This document shows positions 19,423 to 31,823 of a DNA stretch of 64,000 nt, one piece after another. The position numbers were made by a program, and so were the translations under genes. Within the stretch, counting starts at the first letter, position 1. Each line of letters starts with the position of its first letter. The notes under the pieces are model-generated. The model had not been told where the DNA came from and searched no databases. It saw only the letters and a list, made by a program, of their open reading frames with translations. Origin of the DNA: Candidatus Iainarchaeum sp. (lineage in GTDB: Archaea > Iainarchaeota > Iainarchaeia > Iainarchaeales > UBA10219). The stretch spans positions 96,001 to 160,000 of the forward strand of contig JAGVWE010000005.1 in NCBI GenBank assembly GCA_018304425.1, in the 5' to 3' direction.

Positions 19423-22077
19423 ATGCCTGCCTATGAAATCCCGCAGAACCTCAAATATGAGGAAAAAATAATCGCGAACCTGAGCTTTGCCCAGTTGTTC
19501 TGGATTGCCTTGTTCTTCGGCACTGCCGCCTTCATCTTCCTCAGCGAGGGCATTGACTGGGGCTTCGAGGCCGAAATCGTCATCGGCAGCCTGCTGATGT
19601 TCATGGGCCTGGGCTTCGCCTTCTTCGACTTCATGGGCTACCTCCAGGCATTCTACACCTACGCCAAATCCGTTCACGAGACCAAGGGCAGCGAGGAAGA
19701 CAAGGCCCGGAAGCTCGAGAAGTTCATGGAAGTGGACCGGATTGAGGCGGACACGATTTACCTCAAGGACGGCAGCATGCGCGCCCTCCTCCAGGTGCTG
19801 CCCCTCAACTTCACGATTCTCTCGGAAATCGAGCAAGTGGCCATCATCTCGGCCTACAAGGCCTTCCTGAACTCCCTGGACTTCCCCGTGCAAATCGTGA
19901 TGCGGACCGTGAAAATGAACCTCGAAGACTACTTGTACAACCTCAAGAAGGGAGTGGAAGAACACGAGAACGACCAGCTGCTGGAACGGTTCTACTCCTT
20001 CCGCGGCTTCGTCCAGCAATTCATCGAGAAAAACAACGTCAAGAACCGCTTGTTCTACGTCGTGGTTCCATTCGATTCCCTTGCTTCCACGCCCCCCATC
20101 GACCGCCTGCTGGGCGGCAAGGACCGGGCAGGCAAAGGCGAAGAGGAAAAGGCGCTCAACAAGGAACACGCCGTCAACCAGCTGGACGCCCGGGTCAAGC
20201 TCTGCCAGGAAAAACTCCGCAAATGCGGCTTGACCGTGAAAAGACTCGCCACCGAGGAAATCAACCAGCTGCTGTCCAGTTACTTCGAGGACACGGGCAA
20301 GCGCAAGCGCGCGGACTGGCTCAAGCCCACCTACTTGAAAAACGAGTTCAACCGCATCCAAGTCAACGAGGAATTCAACCGAGTGGTGGCGGCCCACGCC
20401 TACCCCCGGCTGGTGCGGGAAGGCTGGCTGAACCCCATCATCCTCGCGGAAGGCAACTTCGACCTCGTCATGTACGTTACTCCCACGCCCCTGGAATACG
20501 TGTTGTCCAACCTCAACCGGGAACTCATCAAGCAGGAGTCCGACATGCTGGCAGCCGAGTCCAAGGGCCTGGTCAACCCCCTCCTCAAAGTCCAGTACAA
20601 CGACACCTACCGCACCCTGGAAAAGCTGCAGAAAGGCGAGGAAAAACTGTTCGACCTGGCCCTCTACGTGAACGTGAAGGCCAAGGGCAAACGCGAACTC
20701 GACCTGTTGACGCGCCGCATCACCGCGGACCTGAACTCCATCCTCGTCATCCCCCGCGTGCCCCTCATGAAGATGCAGCAGGCCATGCAGTCCATTTACC
20801 CCGTGTTCAGCGACAAGCTGCGCGTGAACCGCAACATCCCCAGCAACGCGCTCTCGGCCTGCTTCCCGTTCACGAGCAGCTTCCTCAACTTCGACGAAAC
20901 CGGCGTCATGTTCGCGGTCAACAAGGAAAACAAGGTGCCCATCATCCTGGACGTGTACAAGTTCGTGAACTACAACGGGCTCGTGCTCGGCACCTCGGGC
21001 GGGGGAAAGAGCTTTGCCGTCAAACTCTACATCCTGAGGAACTTCCTGAAAGGCATCAAGACCATGGTCATCGACCCCCAAGGGGAATACTCGGAGCTCA
21101 TCGGGGATTTGGGAGGGCAACTCGTCGAAATCAGCCGGGAAAGCGAGACCATCATCAACCCCTTCGACCTGATGGGCGGCGACTTCGGGGAGAAAACGCT
21201 TTCCCTGATGGACCTGTTCCGCCTCATGCTCGGCGAGCTCACCGAAGAACAGAAGAACCTCCTGGACAAGGCCGTGCTCTCGATTTACGAGGAAAAAGGC
21301 ATCATCCCCAACGACAAGGCCACGTGGTCGAAGACCCCGCCCACCCTCGGAGACCTGCACGCGTTCATCCAGCGGCACAAAAAGCACGCGGAACACAACG
21401 AGTTACGCGATTTGATTACCCTGGAGAACCGGGTGCGGCTGTACACGGAGGGCGCGTTCAGCTTCATGAACCGGCAGACCAAGCTGGACTTCGCGAGCGC
21501 GAACATCTCCTTCAACATCGAGAAGATGCCCAAGCAGGTCAAGCCCATCATGATGTTCCTCATCCTGGAATTCGTCGTCAACAAGATGCGCGAGGACAAG
21601 AGCCGGAAGCTGCTGGTCGTGGACGAGGCCTGGAGCCTCCTCCGACACGGCGAGCAAGCCGATTACCTGTTCGAGCTCATCAAGACCTCGAGGAAATACG
21701 CGTTGGGCATCGTCATCATCACGCAAGAGGTCACCGACCTGCTGGCCACCGAGGCAGGCAACACGATTCTGGCGAACACCTCTTGGAAGATACTGTTACG
21801 GCAGGAGCCTGCCGTCATCAAGACCCTGGCCGACAAGTTCAACCTGAACATCGAAGAAGAAAACTACCTGCTCACGGCGGACATCGGGGAAGGCCTGTTG
21901 TTCGCCATGAACGAGCACATCCCCATCAAAGTCATCGCCTCGGAAGAAGAACACGAACTCATCACGACCAACCCCGACGAGCTGGAGGCCCGGAAAAAGG
22001 CCCGCATGAACTGGGCCACCGGGAAAAAAGAGGGCCCCCTCCAGAAGGTCACGGGCAAGCACTGGGCAAAGGCCTGA
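19423..22077 (+). CDS. virB4: PrgI/VirB3-like + VirB4-like ATPase fusion
   Basis: N-terminal YEIPQNLKYEEKII..LSFAQ plus 2 TMs (PrgI-like); Walker A GTSGGGKS, IDPQGEY, INPFD, Walker B LVVDEAW, SRKY..ITQ. Confidence 0.88.
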   Translation: MPAYEIPQNLKYEEKIIANLSFAQLFWIALFFGTAAFIFLSEGIDWGFEAEIVIGSLLMFMGLGFAFFDFMGYLQAFYTYAKSVHETKGSEEDKARKLEKFMEVDRIEADTIYLKDGSMRALLQVLPLNFTILSEIEQVAIISAYKAFLNSLDFPVQIVMRTVKMNLEDYLYNLKKGVEEHENDQLLERFYSFRGFVQQFIEKNNVKNRLFYVVVPFDSLASTPPIDRLLGGKDRAGKGEEEKALNKEHAVNQLDARVKLCQEKLRKCGLTVKRLATEEINQLLSSYFEDTGKRKRADWLKPTYLKNEFNRIQVNEEFNRVVAAHAYPRLVREGWLNPIILAEGNFDLVMYVTPTPLEYVLSNLNRELIKQESDMLAAESKGLVNPLLKVQYNDTYRTLEKLQKGEEKLFDLALYVNVKAKGKRELDLLTRRITADLNSILVIPRVPLMKMQQAMQSIYPVFSDKLRVNRNIPSNALSACFPFTSSFLNFDETGVMFAVNKENKVPIILDVYKFVNYNGLVLGTSGGGKSFAVKLYILRNFLKGIKTMVIDPQGEYSELIGDLGGQLVEISRESETIINPFDLMGGDFGEKTLSLMDLFRLMLGELTEEQKNLLDKAVLSIYEEKGIIPNDKATWSKTPPTLGDLHAFIQRHKKHAEHNELRDLITLENRVRLYTEGAFSFMNRQTKLDFASANISFNIEKMPKQVKPIMMFLILEFVVNKMREDKSRKLLVVDEAWSLLRHGEQADYLFELIKTSRKYALGIVIITQEVTDLLATEAGNTILANTSWKILLRQEPAVIKTLADKFNLNIEEENYLLTADIGEGLLFAMNEHIPIKVIASEEEHELITTNPDELEARKKARMNWATGKKEGPLQKVTGKHWAKA

Positions 22078-22186
22078 ACCCCAACCGCACCGGAAATGTG
22101 GTCTACTTTCGTTTTTAAACCCCTCAAAGAGTAGTCATATGGCTAGCTCCTTGCAAAAAAACAATTCCCACCCTGATGGGGGCGAG

Positions 22187-22277
22187 AAAAAAAAGCTGCC
22201 TGATGAGCAGCAGTGGGCTAACTGCCCTTCCCGGGTTCGCCCGTCCTGGCCGGGCCAGGGAATCCCGACCCCACCGC
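22187..22277 (-). ncRNA. Candidate structured small RNA (unassigned)
   Basis: TTTTTAAA box ~22304-22297; closing helix GCGGTGGG/CCCACTGC around two hairpins; hairpin plus T8 terminator. Confidence 0.4.
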
Positions 22278-22354
22278 GTAGCCCCGCTTAAGCGCCTTTA
22301 AAAACCTTTACGTCGTATGGTGCGTATTATTCTGCCTTATTCGAGGGAATTGGA

Positions 22355-23065
22355 TTGGATTGGAGGAAGATTTTCACGCCCCAGGGGCTGCTGTTCACCG
22401 TGCTCTTCCTAGCTATGGTCATGGCCTCCAACCAGCTGAATTTTTCGTCCCTGCTTGGCAAACCCAACCAGTTTTTCACGTTCTTCCAGTTCATCGGGCC
22501 CCTGGCCGGCGGCTTCCTCGGCCCCATTGCTGGTGCCCTGCTCGTGTTCGCCGCGCAACTGGTGGATGCCTTCCTCCACGGCAAGGCCCTCGACCTTTCC
22601 ACTATTGGCTGGCTGCTGCCCATGGTCTTCGCCAGCATCTACTTCGGCAGCAGGCGGAATTCCTCGAGCCGCATCATCTCGTTTGCGGCCATCCTCCTGT
22701 TCCTCCTGCACCCGGTGGGGCGAACGGCCTGGTTTTACTCGCTGTACTGGTTCATCCCCGTGCTGTGCTGGCTGTTCCGCAAGCACTTGTTCGCCCGCAG
22801 TCTGGGCGCAACCTTCACCGCGCACGCCATCGGCGGCGCGCTCTGGGTGTGGACCGTGCCCATGACCACCGAGCAATGGATGGCACTCATCCCCATCGTG
22901 GCCTACGAGCGGCTGTTGTTCGCGGCCGGCATCAGCGTTTCCTACATCGCGTTGAACACCCTGTTAAGCAAGGCGGCCTCGCTGCTGCCCTACGACCTCG
23001 TCGAAGTCAACCCAAAATACGTTTTGTCGAGAGAAATGCTGGGCAAAACATTCGGCATGGGATAA
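22355..23065 (+). CDS. Integral membrane protein, possibly an ECF-transporter S component
   Basis: ~6 TMs, P.AGGFLGP..GAL motif, no ATPase nearby; TTG start. Confidence 0.55.
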   Translation: MDWRKIFTPQGLLFTVLFLAMVMASNQLNFSSLLGKPNQFFTFFQFIGPLAGGFLGPIAGALLVFAAQLVDAFLHGKALDLSTIGWLLPMVFASIYFGSRRNSSSRIISFAAILLFLLHPVGRTAWFYSLYWFIPVLCWLFRKHLFARSLGATFTAHAIGGALWVWTVPMTTEQWMALIPIVAYERLLFAAGISVSYIALNTLLSKAASLLPYDLVEVNPKYVLSREMLGKTFGMG

Positions 23066-23123
23066 GATGAACGTTATTATTCCTTTCGCCCAATGCTTTG
23101 TTACACTAAAGGAGTGAAAGCGA

Positions 23124-23255
23124 ATGGCTACCACCTCAAAGGACTCCAGCCGCTTCAAGAAGACGCACGCCCGCCAGCGATGGAAGTGGAAGAAGAAAAA
23201 GATGCGCCGCAAGAAGCGGAAGAAGAAGTACCTGCGATACCGCGCGAAGACGTAA
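23124..23255 (+). CDS. rpl41e: Ribosomal protein eL41 (eS32)
   Basis: 43 aa MATTSKDSSRFKKTHARQRWKWKKKKMRRKKRKKKYLRYRAKT; SD GGAGTGA; absent from the ORF track. Confidence 0.8.
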   Translation: MATTSKDSSRFKKTHARQRWKWKKKKMRRKKRKKKYLRYRAKT

Positions 23256-23350
23256 ACAGCCGCTTGCGTGCGGCTGCGACGCATACGTGCCCCACCATGC
23301 CCGTGGTGGGGCGGTAGTATTTTTTCCGCGGGTTTACCGGCTTTTTTCTT

Positions 23351-24385
23351 TTATTTTTTCCCCGCCCTGCCATTGGAATAGGCGCCTACCAGGGCGTCCA
23401 TGGTACGGGGGATGTCCACGAACGGCGTGGTCAAAGCCGTGTGAAGGGCTGCTGCATGCGGGACGCCCCGACGCAAGGCACCTTTGAGGGCGTGAAGGGT
23501 GTCGCGCGTGAGCCCAACCACGCGACGCGAGTCAAAGGCATCCCGGATGACCGGCCCCCAGGCACGGTGGCTGTCCTGCAGAAAGAAGTCTCGCCAGGGC
23601 AGGAGCATGGGGCTTGTCACCTGCCGCATGGGAATGACCCATTCTTTCGGTGCAGTGAAGCACGCGAGGATTTCATCTTTTAGGAGGTACTCGTGGATGA
23701 ACTGCCGGGACAATTTCCGGAAGCGCCGGACATTGGATGGAGTGAACTTCCGGCCAACCAGGGCCGAGAGCTGGTCCGCCACAGTCCCGGAACGGGTGTT
23801 CCCATGGTGTCCCTCCAAATTGAAGAAGCCGTGCAACTCCTCGTGGGGGATATTGGTCGCGGCCTTCTCCCAGTTGGGACCGGTGAGGGACACGACGGCA
23901 TTGTACAACTCCGTAGGCTTGATTGCGTGGTGCTCGTAGAAGATTTGCGCTGCCAATGCCTTATTGGCGATGTTGCGTTCCGTGTGCGGAACGTAAAAAA
24001 CGATGAGCCCGCCGTGCACGATGTAGTCTACGGGCCCTTTCGGCAGGCGGCCGAAGACGTGCAGGAAGAGCCTCGCCGGGTTCTTGCGGCCATCCCTTGT
24101 GTAACCATGGAGGGCGACCGCCTTCTGCACGGCGCGGTTGCGTGCCTCGAACCGGCGGGCGGCGCCACGAATGCGTTGCGCGAAACGGCTTCCCAGCCGC
24201 TGCTCATGGATGGACCTAATGTCTTCGGCGTGCCCCAGCGCCTGCCCCACTGCACGCGAAACCGGGAAAGCGTCCCGGCCGTTGGCGGTCACCAGCGCGC
24301 CGTGGAAAGCCGCGAGGGCCTCGCCGCGCAGGATGCGGCGCTCGGACAGGGAAACCCTGCTATGCCCATTGGTTGCTCGACGCAT
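23351..24385 (-). CDS. Arg-rich hypothetical protein with HExxH zincin motif
   Basis: PHEELHGFF with downstream DEILA; no signal peptide. Confidence 0.6.
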   Translation of the reverse strand: MRRATNGHSRVSLSERRILRGEALAAFHGALVTANGRDAFPVSRAVGQALGHAEDIRSIHEQRLGSRFAQRIRGAARRFEARNRAVQKAVALHGYTRDGRKNPARLFLHVFGRLPKGPVDYIVHGGLIVFYVPHTERNIANKALAAQIFYEHHAIKPTELYNAVVSLTGPNWEKAATNIPHEELHGFFNLEGHHGNTRSGTVADQLSALVGRKFTPSNVRRFRKLSRQFIHEYLLKDEILACFTAPKEWVIPMRQVTSPMLLPWRDFFLQDSHRAWGPVIRDAFDSRRVVGLTRDTLHALKGALRRGVPHAAALHTALTTPFVDIPRTMDALVGAYSNGRAGKK

Positions 24386-24431
24386 GAATGATAGATAAGC
24401 ACGACCGAAGAATAAAAGCCTTGCGTTGGGT

Positions 24432-25325
24432 TTACGCCCAGAACGCTAGGGCAAGGAAGCCGAGGATGAACCCAATCGCGTGCAGGTAGAGGACGCGGTA
24501 CATGTTTTTGACGTCCATGTGTTTGGGGTCGGCGAGGGTCTTCCAGTAGACGGGCGTCAACAACAGCGAGCCGATGCCCAGCCACACAAACTTCAGGGGC
24601 AGGATGCCGTGGTAGAGGGCAAGGAAGTAGGAGACGACGCCGACGAAGATGGCGAAGTGGGCAATCAACTTGATTTCCTGTTCGCCGAACAACACGATGC
24701 TTGACTTATACCCCACCGTCTTCTCGACCTTCTTGCTGCCGAGCTTGTACAGCGTGTAACCACCGAACTGGATGCCGACGAGGAAGGCGAGCAACAGCCA
24801 GGGCGCGTTGAACGCCGGGTTGGCGCCTTCTCCGAACAACACCCACCCCGAGTAGAAGCGCAGGACGGGGTTGACGGCGCTGCCGGAAACCAAATCAACC
24901 ACCGGCCGCTTCTTGAACTCGAAGGGCTTCACCGTGTAAAGGACTTGGTTGACGAGCATGCCCAGGAGGCAAACGGCGAACAACGGGTTTCGCAGGATGT
25001 AGACGGCGAGGTAGAACGCCAGGGCGATGAGGAAGGCAGCGAGGCCAAGCGCGGCGCGCGGCGAAATCTGCCCGGAAGGGATGGGCCTGCGGCGCTTGAC
25101 GGGGTGCAGGGTGTCCTTGTGCCGGTCGGTGAAGTCATTGAGCGCGTACAAGCCGCCCCACAAGCAGGGCCCGACCGCGATGAACGCGAGGGCAAAAGTG
25201 AAGGGGTCGAAGGGCTGGAAGCCGTTGGCCACGATGGCTGCCAAGAGCATGTTGGCCAGGCTCTTCGACCACTCCAGGGGGCGCATCAGGACAAGGCTGC
25301 CGATAAAGTGATTCGATGAAGGCAC
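24432..25325 (-). CDS. UbiA-family prenyl/phosphoribosyl transferase
   Basis: RP.EW.K, NDFTDRHKD..HPVK.RRPIPSG; multiple TMs; start uncertain (GTG 25325 or the ATG of MRPLEW). Confidence 0.8.
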   Translation of the reverse strand: MPSSNHFIGSLVLMRPLEWSKSLANMLLAAIVANGFQPFDPFTFALAFIAVGPCLWGGLYALNDFTDRHKDTLHPVKRRRPIPSGQISPRAALGLAAFLIALAFYLAVYILRNPLFAVCLLGMLVNQVLYTVKPFEFKKRPVVDLVSGSAVNPVLRFYSGWVLFGEGANPAFNAPWLLLAFLVGIQFGGYTLYKLGSKKVEKTVGYKSSIVLFGEQEIKLIAHFAIFVGVVSYFLALYHGILPLKFVWLGIGSLLLTPVYWKTLADPKHMDVKNMYRVLYLHAIGFILGFLALAFWA

Positions 25326-25359
25326 GGTATCGACCTGATGGGCGATTTCTTTATAATTG

Positions 25360-26127
25360 CTAAGGTGATTCCAAAAGGGCAATGGGGCTAGTGAGGGTAA
25401 TCGGCCGCCTAACAAGCACTCGATGACCCCCCAGGTCGCTCACTTTGCAGCCTGCTCGCCGCATGCCTCGCACAGTACGGGTGAAAGCAGGGCGCGAACC
25501 ATGGGCGATTTTCTCCAGATTCAACAAAGCCGCCCCGCCCGGACTTAGATGATTAAGCAGATTTTCGACGGAATATAAAACGTACCTAGAATGCTTCAGC
25601 GCAAGGGTAGAAATAATCACATCAAATCTTTTGCCGCCGAAAGCATGCGTTTCCATGAGGCCCGCCCAATAATTGGCAAGCAACTTCCGGTTCGCATGGA
25701 ACTGTTCGACTAAACTTCTGGCCTGGAAGTAGTCCTTATCCTCGCCGAAGACTAAGCGCCCGCTCGAAAAGCGCCATTTGTGACGATTCTTTTCCAATTC
25801 CTCCCTGCTGGGAAGTCGCACCAAGCCGATACCCGAAACATTTACCCTATCGCCAAAATGCTGCTTGAGTTCAGCCGCTGCTTGGGCCGTGCCACAACCC
25901 CCATCCAGCACCTCAACCGGCCGACCTGAGCGGAAAAATTCCCGCACTAAGTCCTTGACAGGGTAATGAAGCTCTCTATCATACTCGGGCAAACCGGCGT
26001 TCAATCGCCAGCCGTAGCCCCCGAAAGAGCCCGTTCGCGCTCGCCGCAGAAATGCAGCTAACTCATGCCTTTTTTGGTGGGTGGAAATACGACTGCCTAA
26101 CAGGCGTATGCGCCTGGGTTCGCCCAT
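25360..26127 (-). CDS. Arg-rich class I SAM-dependent methyltransferase
   Basis: VLDGGCGTA, RFDVIIS, LSPGG. Confidence 0.75.
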   Translation of the reverse strand: MGEPRRIRLLGSRISTHQKRHELAAFLRRARTGSFGGYGWRLNAGLPEYDRELHYPVKDLVREFFRSGRPVEVLDGGCGTAQAAAELKQHFGDRVNVSGIGLVRLPSREELEKNRHKWRFSSGRLVFGEDKDYFQARSLVEQFHANRKLLANYWAGLMETHAFGGKRFDVIISTLALKHSRYVLYSVENLLNHLSPGGAALLNLEKIAHGSRPAFTRTVRGMRRAGCKVSDLGGHRVLVRRPITLTSPIALLESP

Positions 26128-26208
26128 AACATTTCAAATGCCGCCTACATTAATTAACGTTTGCCCTGAACGCAATGGAAGGCGTTAAAGGGGTGGCAAC
26201 CCGATAGG

Positions 26209-26216
26209 TTTATAAA
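26209..26216 (+). promoter_or_regulatory. Probable TATA box of the rRNA operon
   Basis: TTTATAAA ahead of the structured 16S leader. Confidence 0.5.
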
Positions 26217-26473
26217 TTTAGGACACTATATTATATAGAATTCAGTCATTCAGCGATAAGCTCGAATACCGGATCTCTGATACTGGCAGCCAGCGAGTCA
26301 GCAATTCCTGGCATTTAACCAGTTGCATTCAGTAGGTTCCCGCAAGGGGATTTCCCAATACTGAATTGGCCCAGCATGCTACCAGAGGCTTTATGGCCTC
26401 TGCCGTCGGCGTGCGTTGGGCCCCTGGCCCCGAAAGGGGCGCGTGAGCACCCAAGCTGTTTTGGGTGTGAAGT

Positions 26474-28163
26474 CGGTCAAACGAAACAATGTTTCGTTCG
26501 CCATGGGAAATTTGCAGGCAGTAATGCCTGAAAACGTTTGGCGAATGAGCCTTTACGGGTTTGTTCTTGCCAAACGTTTTCACAAAATTTTCCATAGAGT
26601 TAAACCAATTCCATTGAGTTAGCAAACCAATTCCAGCTGATCCTGCTGGAGGATACTGCTATCGGAATTCGACTAAGCCATGCAAGTCTGAGAGGTTCGT
26701 ACGAGCCTCTGGCATACGGCTCAGTAACACGTAGTTAACCTACCCATTGGAGGGGCAAAACCCGGGAAACTGGGCATAATACCCCATAGGCAATCGGTGC
26801 TGGAAGGCTCTTTTGCCCAAACGAAAAACCCCTTACGGTGTATCGCCGGTGGATGGGACTGCGGGGGATTAGGCTGTTGGCGGGGTAACTGCCCACCAAA
26901 CCTACGATCCCTACGGGCAATGTAAGTTGGAGCCCGGAGAAGGGTACTGAGATAAGGACCCTAGCCCTACGGGGTGCAGCAGGCGCGAAAATTCTGCAAT
27001 GCGCGAAAGCGTGACAGAGGAATTCCGAGTGGTCCTCACGGACCTTTTATCAGGTCTAGAAAGCCTGATGAATAAGGGGGGGGCAACATGCGTGCCAGCC
27101 GCCGCGGTAATACGCAGCGCCCGAGTGGTATCCACTAATATTGGGCCTAAAGCGTCCGTAGCCGGCCCTGTAAGTCCTCGGTGAAATCGGCTCGCTTAAC
27201 GAGTCGAATGGCCAAGGATACTGCAAGGCTCGAGGTCGGAAGACGTAGAGGGAATTTCAGGGGTAGCGGTGAAATGCTGTGATCCTTGAAGGACCACCCG
27301 TAGCGAAGGCGCTCTACGAGGACGAACCTGACGGTGAGGGACGAAAGCTGAGGGAGCGACCCGGATTAGATACCCGGTTAGTCTCAGCCGTAAACGATGC
27401 GGACTAGGTGTACTAGCACTCACGAAGTGCGGGTGTGCCGAAGAGAAGTCATTAAGTCCGCCGCCTGGGAAGTACACTCGCAAGGGTGAAACTTAATGGA
27501 ATTGGCGGGAGCGCACTACAAGGGGTGGATGCTGCGGTTTAATCGGACTCAACGCCAAACAACTCACCAGGGGCGACAGCAGGATGATGGACAGTCTAAA
27601 GGGCTTTCCTGACACGCTGAGAGGTGTTGTATGGTCATCGTCAGCTCGTACTATGAAGCGTCCTGTCAACTCAGGCAACGGGGGATGGGAGCACTCTAGG
27701 GGGACAGCGAGAGCAATCTCGAGGAAGGAGTGGGCTACGGTAGATCTGTATGGCCCGAATCTCCTGGGCTACACGCGGCACACAATGGTTGGGACAATGG
27801 GTCCCTAACCCGAAAGGGCACGGTAATCCCCTAAACCCAACCTCAGTTCGGATTGAGGGTTGGAACTCACCCTCATGAAGTTGGAATCCCCAGTAATCGC
27901 GCGTCACTATCGCGCGGTGAATATGTCCCTGCGCTTTGCACACACCGCCCATCAAGCCATTCGAGTAGAGTCCAGATGAATTGCAATTCTTCACTGAGCT
28001 GCACTGATTCTGGGTTTTGCGAGAAGGGCTAAGTTGTAACAAGGTGTCCGTAGGGGAACCTGCGGACGGATCACCTCCTTCCAATTTGCCCCCCTAACGG
28101 GGGGTAATAGGACATTGCTGCCTGCAAACCCAAAATGGCGAGCGAACAAAAGGCGTTTGACCG
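26474..28163 (+). other. 16S pre-rRNA processing stem with canonical bulge-helix-bulge
   Basis: CCA-TGGG-AAA-TTTGCAGG (from 26501) pairs with CCTGCAAA-CCCA-AAA-TGG (from 28121). Confidence 0.85.
26630..28079 (+). rRNA. rrs: 16S rRNA (divergent archaeal)
   Basis: ATTCCAGCTGATCCTGC start, GTGCCAGCCGCCGCGGTAA, GGATTAGATACCC, 3' GGATCACCTCC. Confidence 0.98.
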
Positions 28164-28343
28164 GCAACGTGGTCTCCACGTCAAATGAGGCGGTAGTGGG
28201 CTTCAGCCCACGTTTTTTCCCCAGGCTTTTTGCCCCGGGCAAAAAGGCTGCTTAACGGTTGCAATGCGTTTCCCGAGTTCGGGGCGCAGTTAAGCTTTCG
28301 AACAACTAAAGATTAAGTGAACGGTGAACCAATGTTTGGTTCC

Positions 28344-28416
28344 GGGCTCTTAGCTCAGTTGGTAGAGCGCCTCGTTTGCAACGAGGAGGCCGGGGGTTCG
28401 AGTCCCCCAGAGTCCA
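28344..28416 (+). tRNA. tRNA-Ala(TGC), rRNA spacer
   Basis: GGGCTCT/AGAGTCC with G3:U70, anticodon loop TTTGCAA. Confidence 0.96.
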
Positions 28417-28699
28417 TTAGCCGCACGAAAGCGGCGGCTGCGCGCTGTACGTCGGCCCATTTGCAATGGGCCATAAATAGACGCGCGCCAAAACGAGTGG
28501 ACGACTCGAGTTTATGCTTAATCATTAAGGTATTGATTAAGTCCGTGGGAAGCTTTTTTTCCACGGTTGGATGAGGCACTGAATCCGTTCTTCCCGTTCG
28601 GATAGGTTGCCAGCCAATGACGTTCCCCCCTGGGGGAGCCGAGGGCTGTGAACCGAAAAGGTGCCGATGAAGTCATGCATTGGTAGACGCATCGAGTTC

Positions 28700-31645
<2,946 letters not shown>

Positions 31646-31670
31646 AACTCGAGTCAAATACCAATGCATG

Positions 31671-31720
31671 AGGGCTTTTTACAAAAGCCCTGGGAAAAAG
31701 TCCCATGCTTCGCATGGGAC
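31671..31720 (+). repeat. Two-hairpin interspersed repeat, copy A (after 23S)
   Basis: AGGGCTTTTTACAAAAGCCCT-GGGAAAAA-GTCCCATGCTTCGCATGGGAC. Confidence 0.8.
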
Positions 31721-31823
31721 GGCCTTTCGCCTTGCGGCGAAAGGGCTTCCCAATTCTTCATCCAATTGCGGGGGTGACCCCGCAAAAATTCTTTTTTTCT
31801 ACCAAAAAGAATTTTTTCTCTGC

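Noticed and set aside
18439-21396. 985-aa minus-strand ORF, and similar long antisense ORFs such as 11856-13610 and 9631-11079
   Set aside because: Shadows of GC3-rich genes on the opposite strand; no motifs
22195-22270. Hammerhead ribozyme or box C/D RNA from CTGATGAG
   Set aside because: No GAAA core after a stem II and no properly placed terminal D box
15615-22277. Integrative conjugative element or provirus
   Set aside because: No integrase, relaxase, att duplication, virion genes or visible compositional break
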